Assembly (NCBI GenBank): GCA_013239625.1
Contig: MU053881.1
Coordinates: 10,964,873 to 11,028,872, forward strand
Length of the DNA stretch: 64,000 nt
Reading direction: 5' to 3'
Source: Lama guanicoe
Lineage: Eukaryota
In this document: positions 1 through 13,580 of the stretch, piece by piece
Layout of the letters: each line of letters starts with the position of its first letter
How positions within the stretch are numbered: position 1 is the stretch's first letter
Notes under the pieces: model-generated
The model's database searches: none
The model's input: only the letters and a program-made list of their open reading frames with translations
Told to the model about the DNA's origin: nothing
Translations under genes and position numbers: made by a program

Positions 1-212
1 GGATTTTGAGTTTTTCTCAGAAAAACTTGAAAGTCTGGCATCCTTAGACCGGAACACCTGCACGGCAAAAGGTGGCTGAGCACCTAGACTTCTCTCAGTG
101 GCGTTCTGTGTTCCAGGTTAGACTCTGTAGCACCCTCTCGTCAAGTCCATCCCGCTTCTCACCCACGTACTGCCCTTAAATGGCCTCTGTAAGACTCTGA
201 TTGTAGGACTCC
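1..212 (-). mobile_element. MER102-like hAT-Charlie DNA transposon relic (partial)
   Basis: Reverse complement resembles the recalled MER102 consensus (GATGCCAGACTTTCAAGTTTTTCTGAGAAAAACTCAAAATCC). Same family as 35385-35560. Confidence 0.55.
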
Positions 213-517
213 TACCTCCAGTTATCAAAAGCCAAAACCCTTCACTGTCAAGTCAACTAAAAACCAAACAAAGAAAAAAATGACCGTGCGGGTCACTCTG
301 ACTGAGGCTGGGGTTACACTGACCAACACGATCATCTCTGTTCTTGAGGACAATCTAGAAATAGCGATCAAACATACTCCAAAAGATAACAGAAGTCGTG
401 CTATAAACCTACCAATGTAGCTCACAAAGACCTAGGATATTTTGATAATTTGGACTTAGGTGGCGGAAACAGGAAGAGAGAAAAGCCCAGAAACTACTCA
501 TCAGAAGATGTTTCTAG

Positions 518-860
518 ATCAACTCTGTCCAATAGAAATATCAGGCAAGCCACAAATGCAATTAAAAAATTTCTAGTAGTCACATTAAAAAAAAAAGAGA
601 CATATTTGAAGTCAATTTTAATTATCAGTTTTCTTCAGCCATGCAAATCCAAAATATTATCATTTCAACCAGTAATCAATATAAACATGTTAGTGAGATA
701 TGACACTTATCTTTTTCATACTATGTCTTCAAAAGACATATGTATGTCTGCCTATGGCAGCTCTCAGTTCAGACCAGCCACCCAGTAGTCAGTGATTATG
801 TACACTAGGTATAGAGGAACATTTCTATCATTGCAGAAGGTCTCATTGACAGCACAGCAC
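518..860 (+). mobile_element. MER33/MER3-like hAT-Charlie MITE
   Basis: CTGTCCAATAGAAATA...GCCACA...TTTCTAGTAGTCACATTAAAAA...ATCCAAAATATTATCATTTCAAC matches MER33. The end GAACATTTCTATCATTGCAGAAGG...GACAGCAC is MER3-like. Confidence 0.8.
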
Positions 861-999
861 ATTAGAGGGAACCACAGAAATGCATGCACGCTGGATACAC
901 GAAAGCCCACGTCATTTTCTGGAATTACTATGTCCATTTCAATTTGATTATGCATCAGATGTGAAAAGTAATAGGCATAGTTCAGATATTTGGTAAATT

Positions 1000-1640
1000 G
1001 GTCAAGTTTTTTGGCTGCAAAAACACCACCAGAAAGTATTCAAACTAGCTTAAGCAATATACATTCTTGATGCTGAATAATTAATATATAAGTAATGACC
1101 AAAATTTAAAAATTCCTGAGAACATTCTTCAATCCAATAGCGATAAGCATATCTGTATGCATGAAATTATTGGTTTACAAAACTAAGTAGTCCGGAGATG
1201 GCTCTAACTTCTGAACAGGTGGATCTAGTTATTTAACTGATGGATTCAGAGCACAATCTTGCTCTGTTCTGCTTTGCTTTACTGGTCTATTAATTATGGT
1301 GTCTCCCTGATGGCAAGATGGCAGCCAGAGATTCTAGGCTTTCTTCCTATGACCTTAGGAGTCTCCAACTATACTTACAGCATTTCTGCCAAATCAGTGA
1401 TTAAAGTCCACAGGCTCTAGTTAGCCATGTTTAGATTATCTATGCACCGTAAGTCGATAACTATGGCCAAGAGAATGAGACCTTCTCATGGATGACGCCG
1501 CCTTCCCATACTTGCTCTGGAACTTCAGGGTGCGGTCAAGCTGCCTGATCACAGGTAGGCTGACTGAGAGTCATTATCCAAAGCAAAAATGAAGTGCTGT
1601 TATCTAAAGGTTATTATATGGAAGATGGGTACCCAAACCC
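1000..1640 (-). mobile_element. Old MaLR LTR (MLT1J/K/L-like)
   Basis: TTGGCTGCAA...CAAACTAGCTTAAGCAA...GGCAAGATGGCAGCCAG...AACTATGGCCAAGAGAATG, typical of antisense old MLT1; highly diverged. Confidence 0.55.
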
Positions 1641-3589
1641 AGCTAAATGTTCAGCAGGTTAAATTGTGAAGCATTTTGGGCACTTTATTTTAACTTTCAG
1701 ATAATACATGTTTTTGTTAATATCTGGTTTTAATCCCATGATATGTTGGTGCCTCCAGATAGCATGCATGTTGAACAGTCCCTCTGGTAGTTAATAATCC
1801 AGAGCAAGAAGTCGTGAAACCATAACTTGTATATATATTATGTAGTATAAAAATTCTATGCCAGTAGAAAAATTCTTCAAAGAAACATAAAACTGTAAAA
1901 AATCTGCAATATAATTGGTTGAAGACTGAAAAAAAAATCAGTCTTTCAATAGTTCTGTTATTCTAACTTTGAACAACTTGTCCTAATGTTTGAACTGATT
2001 AGTTATTTTACGTCTTACTAATATAGCTACATGATCACTTCCTTTAAACTCTATTGTACTATTTTCAGGTGATTTCTAGCTGTTTTTTCAACTTTTTCAC
2101 TGCATTTTTTCTTGAGCGTTTCACTTAAATATTAGCTCAATATGTTTTCTATGATTAAATGAAATGTATATAATCATTTATTTTTTAATTAACATTTTTA
2201 AGAATAAAATAAGAGAATAAAAATGAAGAATAAAAGTGAAAGGACAAAAGAATAGCTAGATAAAACATTATATATAGGGATGCTGTGTGACAGCTACACC
2301 TGGGTCTTACAAGCTTGAGTTTATACAGCCATGGCTTATCACTTCTTAATGATTTCTTTCCAACAAGGTTCTTAGGTATACACTTGCTTTTGAAGTTATT
2401 TTATTTTTGAAAATTTCATTGTATTTGATAACACGTTTCAAGTTAGTCATATACACTGACACATTTAGCTACAAATAAAATATTCAAATACTTTGAGATA
2501 AAATTATTACAAGTATTAGTGGGAAAACACTTGGCTGCAATTTACATAGTTTGTAATTGGTTAACTCACTGCACTTGTAATAAGTATCTAGAAGGTTTTA
2601 CTTATTACACTCTAATATAAAATCAGTCTCATTTTAATAAATTAAAAATTATTATACTGTATTTGCATCATTATTTATGATATGAGTTAGATGTTTTTAA
2701 AGTATCATCATGAATTTATACTATATCCTAAGTGATCATTTTTAGATAGTTGTCATAGAATCATTTGCCTTTTGATATTTTGTAACTATTATCATTCTAA
2801 TAATATAAAATATAAATATAATATAAAACTAAAAATTTGTAAAGCAAGAAACTAAGTCTACAAAATTGCAATTAATAGGATATTGAGAGCTTTAAAACAT
2901 CTTCTGCTAAATCCTGATTGAATTATTATTTAATAGAAAGTGAAGCACCCAACAAACTGCTGTTAACATATTTTTATAAATAAATAGGATTTAAATTACC
3001 AAATAATTTTAAAATTATATTTTTTATTCCATTATCCCAAAGTATCCAAATAAGTGTCTTGAATCTCTTATCTTAGAGAAGATTACTAAGGTGATTTTGT
3101 AGAAGAATCAATGAACACAGCATTTTAGCCTGAACTATCCAGAAAATTGGGGATTCTGCATGTGTTTATTGAATGAATTACCTTCAAGCTTTACTATTAA
3201 GAAAGTGCTGTAGAATACCAGTCATTTCACCTACAATAATGGAACTGTCATGTTAAGAATCCATTATGTGCATTTTAGTCACTCAACAGACAGCTGCTGA
3301 ATGAATGGATGTATACCCTGCAATGGTTATCTTTTTGTTTTGCTTTCTTTTTTATTACTGTTGCTACTGTTATTCTATTCTAATGTAGAGCATTGTGACA
3401 AGGTAGAGGAGTTTCAAATGAAGGCAAGTCAAAGTAAGAGGTTTACTCTTGTTCAATAAACAGTACTGAATGCCAACACTTCCTGTTCAGAAATAACAAA
3501 AGATAGTATTTTGAATTGTCTGCTTTCTGAATGCCAGTCTAAAACTGTCAAGACATTCTAAAGGTGCAGGTTAGCTATCAAAGGTTATA

Positions 3590-3758
3590 GTGCATAATTT
3601 TAACTCAGATCTTGTAAAATTTCAAATTCCCATACTCCACACTTGCAGATTCTAATTCTGTAAGACTAATTCTACAAGGACTAAGAGTCTGTTATTTAAA
3701 CAAGTTACCCACATAACTTTGTAGCTGGCAATTTTCAGACCGTATGACAAACACTGTA
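3590..3758. mobile_element. MER5-like hAT-Charlie MITE (degenerate)
   Basis: CTTGTAAAAT...CAGATTCTAATTCTGTAAG...TTTAAACAAGTTACCC...AAACACTG. Confidence 0.45.
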
Positions 3759-4404
3759 TCTAGCCATTGAAATACACAGTAATCCTTAGGCAAGACACCT
3801 TTTGTGCCCTACGTCCATTCCCCACCCCTGTAGCCATGTCCACTGAATTACATTTAAGGCTTTGTACTTAGTTTTAATCAATGATAGTGACTTGAGAATA
3901 ATATATAAAAATATTACATATACTTCTTAAAACAACCAAAGATGTTATAAGATACTATATTGTATTAAAAATATTTTAAAAATCTATTGCTTCCTGAATG
4001 TCTGAATGAAGACTGAATGTTCCACTGAAATAAATACAATTGCCATTAGTATATTTCATCCTTCTAACACCACGGTAACTCTGTGTGTCTCTCTGCCAAC
4101 AAATGCATGCCAGAATCACTAGGAAAATAGTTTGAAAATCCACAGGCCTATCCACCTTACTAGAATGGAATCTTATTGAAGGTGTCCTCTAATATTGTGA
4201 CAGTGTTATCCAGGTATTTCAGACTTTGATCCCTCAGTGAAATTAAGAACCACAGTTGTAGGTAGAGAGAAGTCATCCTCAGAATGCAGATTAATAAAAT
4301 AACATTATTATCCTGCTCTAAACCAATTCCTGCCATCAGATCCACATGCATTTATAAACCAAACTAATAACACGAAATCCCAAATTCTCCGCTAAAACAA
4401 AAAC

Positions 4405-5174
4405 TCCTGTTTCCTCTATTCATAACACTTCTGATGCCAAATATGTGGATTTTCCCTGCACATTGAACATTTCTGACACTGACTATGTGGAGTTAGCTCG
4501 GAGCCCACAGGTTAAGAGCTAAGTCACACAAGACTGTCCCTCATTTCGGTTACCAATTGCAAGCCGGGGAATCCTATACTTCAGCTAGCTGTAAATTGGG
4601 AGTTCCCACCACCTTCTCCTCTGGTTTGATAATTCACTTTAACAGCTCACGTCAAGGAAACAATGACATCAGTTTATTATAAAGGATAACAGTAAAGAAT
4701 GCAAATGAACAGCCAGATGAAGAGGTAAATAGGGCAAGACATGTGGCAGGAGCACAGAGCTTCCACGCCCTCTCTGGATTCATCATCCTCAGCACCTCGA
4801 TGTGTTCACCAACTTGGAAGTTCTCTAAATGCTTTCTTTTACAGTGTTTATGGAGGTCCTATTACTAAGTCATGGCTGCTTAAATCATTGGCCACTGGTG
4901 ATTAACTTAGTCCTCAGCCTTTCTCTCCTCCCCAAGGTTGGGAAATGGGGCTGAAAGTCCCAACCTTCTTATGGTTCCCTCTAGCAACTAGCCTCCAGCC
5001 TCCAACAGTCACCTCTAAACTCAGCTATAGTTGAAAGGGGCTAATTTCCAATAACAAAAGATGCTCTTCTTACTCCTATCACTACAAGAAACTACAGCGG
5101 TTTTAGGAGCCAAGTTCCAGGAACAGGGGATAAAAAAATATGTATGCGTTTTTTAATTACATCACAGTATCACA
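4405..5174 (-). mobile_element. MER21-family (ERVL) solo LTR
   Basis: The minus strand starts TGTGATACTGTGAT. Internal matches to recalled MER21: AACACTTCTGATGCCAAA, AAATGAACAGCCAGATGAAGAG, CAGAGCTTCCACGCCCTCTCTGG, AAATCATTGGCCACTGGTGAT, GGGGCTGAAAGTCCCAACC. Confidence 0.8.
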
Positions 5175-8100
5175 TATTCTTCAATAGCACTGTGGAGTAA
5201 TTTTTGATGAGATTTTCCTAACCAATCATTTTATGAAGACAGGGATGGAAAAGAGGATTATACCTGACAAAGTTTCTTTTGATTGTTCTTTCCTTTTTCA
5301 AACTTTTTCTCTGTCCTTTATCCTAAAGCAGCTATCCCCTCAGCCTACATCTTGAGATACCATTCTTATGTATAATGACCGAGCCTTCAGACGGACAGCC
5401 CATCTACTCCGGTCCTCACAGGAAGAAAAGGTGCCCTTCTTCAGATCTATCCTCCTCTTAAGAAGTAAAGAATAAATTTTTCTTTCCTGTCACTTCAGAA
5501 GAATGGAGTCAACTAAAACATATGCCTGACTTGAATGGAGTGGAATCAATTACATTATTATATTTTATAATACAATACTAGGAGGTATCAAAAGAGAAAG
5601 TTGTTAAATGTATGAGGATCAGAAAATCGGGGTGTCAGAAAGAACAAAATTCCCATAGGTTATCTAGAACGCTTGACTCTGTTGGGGCCAGATTAACAAG
5701 GGTGACGTTGTCTCACGGGACGCTTGCTGTTCAGTTCAGGCTTTAATTTGGCACACTTCTATCAAACTGACAGATATAATAAAATGCATCTGCATCTATT
5801 GTTGGTAAATAGTTATAGTAATATTTCAACATTTTTGAAGAAACAGCAGATATTATGATCATTTATAAATTTCCATTAAAAACAGCCCACCCCCCCCAAA
5901 AAAAATTCTTAATCCTTAGTGAAGTATGCACTAAAAACCTCAGTTCCTGAATTTTTATGTTTAACTGTGGGGTACATGTCACACTGAAATGTCATGCATT
6001 TCTCAGCATTCCCTTCTTCGGACATGGGTCAAAACAGGTACTTTTAAATGCTAAATAGTTTCTAAATATCTAAATCCTCAGGAAAATAGAAATGCTCTAG
6101 TCCTGTAGCTCCTTTTTTTCCCCTCAAATAAACACCGAGTCTACAAAGATGAAACATAAGACAAGCATATCTATAAATTATAAAGGATGTACTTCTAAAA
6201 AATAAAGCTTTATTTCAAATTCATTACCGTAGCTTAAGTGACCGAGCACTTAGAGAAACGCTTTCTCTGTTTAGGGAGAAGTATTCATTTTGCTGTGCAA
6301 GGTCGTATGTTTTGAAATGACAATCGAAGTCGGAGGATTTTGCCCCTAGAGTCTTCATTCAGAGTGTCTTCCAGTGGTGTCACAAGTAGATAAATGCATC
6401 TAATTACTAGATTGTACATCCTGATATATGTTTATTTGGCTATGCAAACAACCCACCAAATGTATAATTTTCTCTTCTTAAAAAAAAAGACATAGTAATT
6501 TATATGCAAAAGATATGTTAATCAGCATTATCATTGAGATTTTTCATGTGTCAAGTTAGGATGCTTGGAATGATCATTTTGCTGTCAGCAATAAAGCAGC
6601 TTACACTGGAAATCCATTATGGAAGCATCTCCACAATCTCAATAAAATGGACCTCATAGACCCCCTTGTCAGCAAGCATGGTATTGGCTTTTATATAATA
6701 ATAATAATATGGTACCTACATACTATTAGGGAAAGGTAAAGCAGAAGCTTTAATACTATAGAAAAAAAGTCTACAAATCAGTAAGAACAAAATTTGAAAA
6801 CAAAGGGAATAAATAGAATGTGCTCTTCCAAATTACTGTGCAAGTTCTTTTGAAGTAGAAGTAGTCAATGCAATATGAAAATCTGAAGTTGAGGGGTTTT
6901 AATCAATTGACAGTGGTGGGGACTCACCAGAAGAAGGGTGTTCCCATTAGCATGTCTTGCAGTAATTGTTATTTTAATTGGCTGAAATGAACTGTGATGC
7001 CCCAGGCCACTAAGGATATTTTGTTTTCAGACAGAAAAGTTTCATTTGGAGGGTTGTTTTCCAACTAGGAAATTACCCCAAATCGCTTCCAACCTCCAGT
7101 TCCGCCTTCCCATTTCTCTTCCAAAGTTCTGTGATCTCTGAGGCACTGTTATTTTGTTACAAATTCGAATTCATTAAGGTGAGTATGTGTAAACTTTTAG
7201 AGATCTACATCCTCTAAAAACTCAATCATTTCATTCCTGATACATTCAACTGTGCACTTTCTAAGTAGAAAACTATGCACTGATTGTATGAAGTTTCAGC
7301 GGAAATACTGTTCCCCCTCAAGTTCAGAATTAAGGTAATGAGACGCATCCGAAGGTTTATAAACCGATATAAAAAAACAGAAGTGTTATTTAAGAAATCC
7401 AGTTATTTTACCTGGGTAGAGGCTGAATTCCAGTTTAGGGGTATGGAGATGGAGACCTCTAAGGAATAAAATGTGTTCCTTCAGAAAAGAGGCTATGAAA
7501 GATCAAGTAAGGGGAGGGCTGCACTGTGATTCTACAAGAAATGGGTAAAATATTTGATTTGAGAATAGAAACACAGCATAAATGACTAATCATGTAATCA
7601 GATAGAAAAGGAGATGTGGGTTCAAAAAATAACGGTATCAATGGTAGACAGCCTGGGAGATTGAGGGAACAGCAAAATTAGTAGGGAAAAGAAATAATGT
7701 AGTGAAAGATGACAGCTCACACTGACATATTCTAAATCTATGGCAAACATACTTGTTTCATATGTAGGGACTTACATTTCTAGACACTTGTCAGTGAGAA
7801 AGCTTGAAAACAGTGGAAAAGAGATACAATCACAGATTTATTCCTCAGTGGTCTCAGGTGGTGCAGAGTAATATAGAGGGTGCTTTAGCCCCCCTCCAAA
7901 GTTAGGGTGTGAATATTATAGTGGAAACAGAATGCATATATCAATTCAGAAAAATATCTACTGTAAAACCTTATAAATTATGCCACCCAACTGAATATTC
8001 GAGTAATATCATAATGTTGGTAAACAGTTCTACAGTTTCAAGTACCGTGGCTTGGTAACGCGAGACATTCTGTGATAAACCCAACCAGAGTTCCCCCATA

Positions 8101-8566
8101 CCTTCCAAGAAATTGAACAGTGAAATATTTTCAAAACAAAGCTGAATGTTGATCTTCTGTAATCTATCCTATATAATCCTTGTGCTGCCTGCTTGCCTCA
8201 GAAGATTCACTTAGGGGTTGCTCCTATTTTGCAACTTTTTAACAACAGCTTGAACTAATGACTGGTTGGTGTTTCTCCTCCCGTAACTTTTACTATAGCA
8301 AATTGACCATCGATGGTTTCGTATCTTGCCGGTTCTATACCACCTTCAGTTGAATCCAAATTTCCTTTCTTTTCAGGCAATGTATCTATAACTCCTTCCA
8401 GAGATTAGCAAATTTACTGATAAACATCCCAGAAGAGAAAGGAAAAAAATAGCCAAATTATATGTAGGGGAATATAAAAAACAGACTTTTAGAATAAATG
8501 CCATTAACCTGATGTGGCTTTGCTACGTAAGTCTGCCAAGTGTAACAAGACAAAAAGCCTCACCTA

Positions 8567-9130
8567 TGAAAAAGATTCCTCCCTTGACCAAACTTTAGTC
8601 AGTCTCCTTAGCTTTCATCTATGTGCACCTCTATTTAGCAAGAATTCTGGTAAGTCAGTTTAATCTAATTAACCTCTAGCATCCCTTAGACGGTGTCTCA
8701 TCTCTCTGGCCTGTCTTCAGCAAAAAACTCTGCTAGGTCATTTTATCCCCCTAACCCCTGATGTTTCCTCTTGGTAGTTTTCTGTACACTGACACTCACC
8801 CTGCTCCTTGGCTATCAATTTTCACTTGCCTATCCTGTATTAGAAATTGAGTCCAAACTGGCTCCGATTCTGTGAAATCCCATTGCAGTGGTCACTGAAA
8901 GTATGTTCATGGTCCTTAATAAAGTCTGCCTTACCATCTTTAATTTTCTTTTTTTTTTTAATGGAGGGAGGTAATTAGATTGATTGATTGACTTACTTGA
9001 TGGAGGTACTGGGGATTGAACCCAGGACCTCGTGCACGCTAGGCATGCACTCTACCACTGAGCTATATACACCCTCACCCCTGCCTTACCATCTTTAACA
9101 TCTGTCACCGAATATGTTTTTTCTTTAACA
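8567..9130 (+). mobile_element. MER31/MER67-like ERV1 solo LTR, interrupted by a SINE
   Basis: TG...CA ends (TGAAAAAGATTCCTCCCTTGACCAAACTTTAGTCAG ... TTCTTTAACA), internal TTTAGCAAGAATTCTGGTAAGTCAGTTT, AATAAA at 8918-8923. Confidence 0.75.
8944..9080 (-). mobile_element. Camelid tRNA-derived SINE (Vic-1 type), full length
   Basis: Minus strand GGGTGAGGGTGTATATAGCTCAGTGGTAGAGTGCATGCCTAGCGTGCACGAGGTCCTGGGTTCAATCCCCAGTACCTCC...CTAATTACCTCCC-poly(A), with Pol III A and B boxes. Flanked by the perfect direct repeat CTGCCTTACCATCTTTAA (8926-8943 and 9081-9098). Confidence 0.92.
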
Positions 9131-10851
9131 GCTTCTAACATGCTGAGGTTATCTTCCTCATGAAGATGATGGAACAATAGTAAGTGAAAATTATATCCAT
9201 TTTACTCGGCTTTGATTTCCACAAACTGAAAGGTCCGCTTTTCCGGTAAAACTCAATCTTCGTGCTCAGAGACATTCAGTGTCTAGACGCAGAAGCATCA
9301 AAATGGCTGTTGACAGACTGTATCATTTAAAGCAAACTTCTTTAGAATAAGTAATAAAGTCACCCGTAGAATTTCCCAAGAAGAGGCAATACAGAAACTA
9401 CTGTATTTCCTATGGAATAAAATCAATCAATTTAGACAGACCTTAGATCTTTCCAATTTTGAAAGTTAATTTTATGTATTTTTGCATTTTAGAGATAAGG
9501 GAGAAAGGAAACTTCTTCCTATGAAGGGCATTTGTAGAAAATCTTAAATGTACGTTGAAGGACCTACCTGTGGTAAAGAACAGGTTTTCTGATGATTGGA
9601 GCCACGACGAGGATTTCCTGCAGATTGAGGTTTCTTAAAGTGCTTCAGGGTCCCCTGTCTGCTATTTTCTTATCTAATGTATCTTCACCTTTCAGCCCTT
9701 AATGACAGTGTTCTAAGGACCTAAAAGGGGGAAAAAAAGACATTTTTGAAAAGACTGCTGAGTTACAGCAAAGTCACCTTGTACTTGCTTCAGATGTTGT
9801 GCACTCAGGAATATAAAACAGGAACATCTTGTTACAGCCGTCAACTTGCTGAGTATCTGGTCAGGGTGGAGAGGCTAGGAGGCATCCAAGCAGTGTGTGA
9901 AAAAGGGGAAAGGACTCTCACTTTTAGAGAGACAAGGCCAGTTTGGTTTCAAGAGTTGCTTTTCAAGGATGCTGCTGTATTTTGTTTGAAATGGCAAGTG
10001 GCTGGCATGAGAGGAGATGGAGAGAGAAACGTAAGCAAGGTCATTATTCAATACCTATTCGTGGAGTTCCCACTCTGCACAGTTACAGTGATGAACAAGA
10101 CTTAGATTATGTCTTTTCGAGTTTCCAGTGCAGCTGGGTCAAAGGTAAGAAAATATGGAATTACAGTGCAATGGGATGAATGTGACAGCAGTAGGCGATG
10201 CCCCTGATTATGGGGGAGGCTTCGTATTTCCTAAGTGTGGGAGGAGAGAAGAGGGCCAAGGAAGTCTTTCCAAGGTGGGGAGTCGGGGGTCAAAAACCTT
10301 CCAACAAGAGAGCTGAAGATAGCCTAGTGCTTAACCAAGTTAGAACACTGGAGACACAGGAAAAGAAAATTATATACAAGAAGAGAGAAGTATAAGAGCT
10401 TGAAGGTGTAAGAAAGAGCTAAGACTAGGATGATGAGGAGGCAAATCTCAGTTTGACTTCTCTGCCCTGTTCAAGGCGAGAGACCTGAACTTATAAATCA
10501 CAATTAGATTCCGAGCAATAAAAGCAATGCCTCAGGGAGCATCAGGTTCACAGAAGGCCTTGAGAAAATCTTACTAAATTATTTTTACCAACTTACTTTA
10601 AACTCATTAATAGAAGTTTTCCTAAAGTTAATCTAAGTGTCTCACTTAAATGTGTTTTGGGATCTAAATCAAATGAATATACGTAAACGTATGTAATTTT
10701 TTTTTAAGAAACCAGCCTTTATTTTATTTTATTTTACTGTATTTTATTTTTTTACAGACTGAACCGAGAAGTAAGTTTTTCTTTGGACTTGGCCAAGATG
10801 GGATGTGGATAAGATGGCTGTTTGCAAATGAACCAGTTTGTGTCCACGAAG

Positions 10852-11110
<259 letters not shown>

Positions 11111-12279
11111 CATCCATATAAATATGCATATACATATGTATACACATATATGCTTTTCTTTTCTTTCTTTCTTTTTTTTTTGTGACCTTTCTCTCTTTTG
11201 GAACTATACTGGCAAACCTAAATATGTTTAGGAATTGGTAATACTTACGCAAAATGAGTTATTTTTATCTAATGAACATATGCAACAGGAAATTTTGCAA
11301 AAGAGTTCAAAAAAAGGGCATATATGACATATTAAATTTATTTGATCTAAAGTTGTGAAACAACGTCATTCAAGTATATCAACCTACTTGTTGGTTTCAA
11401 AGTGCATTTGCATAATCCTCTAGGTAAACTGGGTTTTTCAATTAGTTTTCCTGGGAGGGATAGAGGGAGGAGAGTTCCAGGTTTGAAATGCATAACCATG
11501 TGTTAACTCTTCAAATTTCAGTCCTCTCCTAGCGGGAGAACACCAGACACCACATGGGTCTGCTTCCCCTCCCCGATAAATTCAAAGCTCCATCCAATTA
11601 TCTTTTACCTTAAACAACAGCCAAAAAAGAATTGTTAGAGAGGAAATGTCGCAGGTGGTGGGTAAAAGCCAATCATGTGTTTTAGGTTTACTTGTTGCAG
11701 GTAGAGTTGCTGAGCGTGTAGGCAGGTTTTGTTCCCACAAATCAACTGTGTACGCTAGGTTTAAGCTACTGTGCCAGCAACGTGGATTACATTGAGTCAC
11801 ATGCATCTCAAGACCTGATCGGTGGTCTAGAAACAGTAATACTGAGCACACTGAGTACGAGTTCTGCTGACCAGATCTGAAGACTTCGGTTCTGGCCAAT
11901 GAATATCTTGTTACACATCAGTTCTTATAAATCCCTAGTACCTGATAATACAAAGAAACTACCCTGTCTCCTTTCATACCTTTAAGTCATGGTCATACCA
12001 TGCTAAATTTTGAATGCTATTACTGATCATTCATTCAGTTACAGTAATGTGTTATAGGATCGGAGGGGAAAAAAAAAATCTCTGCTTCCCAGTCTAAAAA
12101 TCCTTGAAGAAATGATGCAGTGAAACAATAACACCTGTTTTTTTTTTAATTAATCTATTTTTTATGATTTCAGTCATCAGAAAAGCTCGTTTGTATGATG
12201 ATACATATGGTATATCCTAATACATTTTTTAATTGGCCGGAGAAAATGAGTTTTCCTCCTTTCAGTGAAGCTTTTTATA

Positions 12280-12725
12280 GCCAAAATGTGTGGCTACCCA
12301 GATCCATCTTCTCTCTTCTGTAAATATATGACCTCAGTTACTTGTTAGGGATCACATTCCCTTCGTTGACTATAATTTTGGTGGGACTCTTATTTGAGGT
12401 GCTGATTATAATATTAGCATAGTGTGGGCAGAAAGTATCCTAAATTAGGTCAACCAAAACCTCTCTCAGGAATATAAATCTTGAGTACAAATAACTAATA
12501 GAAGAGTTATTCATTCATTCTATGCCAGTGGGAACCTAATGATTCTTTTCATTTGTTCTAAATTTCTTGATCTTAAAATTGACCTTATTTCTGTCTTTCT
12601 TGGAGCCTGGTGGTTCTATTTTTCCATCCATTCCATGAGCTGCCTTATGTATTAGAAAAAAAAAAGATGCAAGTTATCCATACATGGTTTCTATTGCTTG
12701 TAACCAAAGAACCTCAAATGACACA
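12280..12725 (+). mobile_element. Old MaLR LTR (MLT1-type)
   Basis: 3' end GGTTTCTATTGCTTGTAACCAAAGAACCTCAAATGACACA is the characteristic MLT1 terminus. Confidence 0.6.
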
Positions 12726-13059
12726 AAGAATGATAGCAAAACTCATAGGTGATGGAGCAAGTGCTAAAAGAATTGTATTCTAAGAAAAAATTTTAAGTAC
12801 CATAAGGGAGGAAAAAAAAACAGTATATCATAGAAGAAATAAGGCAGAGAGCTAGCTCATGTTTGCTTAAAAATAAGTTTTATGGAGGAAGTAAAAGAAT
12901 GGATGGAATTTTCAGAGAAGACGAGGATTAGAACCTGTGTCACAGGAGGGAGCAGCATCAGCAAAGAGATAAGGGAAGACAAGTTCAAGATGCGACTGGG
13001 GTTAGGAACAAACTCAGTTCACACATATAATATAGAAAGAGATGGGAGGAAACTTTGTC

Positions 13060-13580
13060 CATTTTCAAAATAAATGTTTATTGTGGTTCTGTGATATAAT
13101 AATGGTGAGTAAGACAGACATGCTCCACACTTTCCGGAAAATATTTTCCCCTGGAGGGGAGAGAGAAATGGCTAACAGAGGATTCTCCAAAGTGCAAATA
13201 AAATAAAAATGCGGTAAGTTCTGTGAAGGAAAGGGGCTAAGATACAGAGACTAAGTGCATGGATGGGAGGTAGGTTGAGGGAGGGCTGGAGGAAGCTTGT
13301 GAAATTTTAGAGAAGAGTTGAATGGTAGGAAAAGTGGAAGAATGAAGAATTCCAAGCAAAGGAACAGAAAATACAAATGTCTTAGGGAGAGAAATCTTTG
13401 ACCTATTCTGAGAATTGATCAAAAACTACTTCACTCAGGTGAGCAAAGGAGAGTGGAGCGTAAGACTATGCTGGAGAAACAGGTAGGGGTCATGTCCTAT
13501 TGGTCTTCTATTCCTCAGAGAACAGCTTGGGGTTTATTTCAAATCTACAAGTAAGCTATTTACATTTAATACAGATCAAC
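13060..13580 (-). mobile_element. L2 LINE 3' region relic
   Basis: AAATGTTTATTG...GGTGAGTAAGACAGACATG...ATTCCAAGCAAAGGAACAG...GCTGGAGAAACAGGTAGGGG, antisense L2 pattern. Confidence 0.65.

Noticed and set aside
1919..1949. Small hairpin TTGAAGACTGA-A8-TCAGTCTTTCAA
   Set aside because: Short AT-rich stem with no evidence of function.
8995..9070. tRNA-like sequence on the minus strand
   Set aside because: It is the head of a SINE with a poly(A) tail and TSD, not a tRNA gene.
9746..10105. 119-aa ORF, and the similar ORFs at 450-788, 25102-25464 and 40299-40697
   Set aside because: No recognisable domain, no convincing splice architecture, and some overlap transposon relics. Lengths are compatible with chance in 64 kb.
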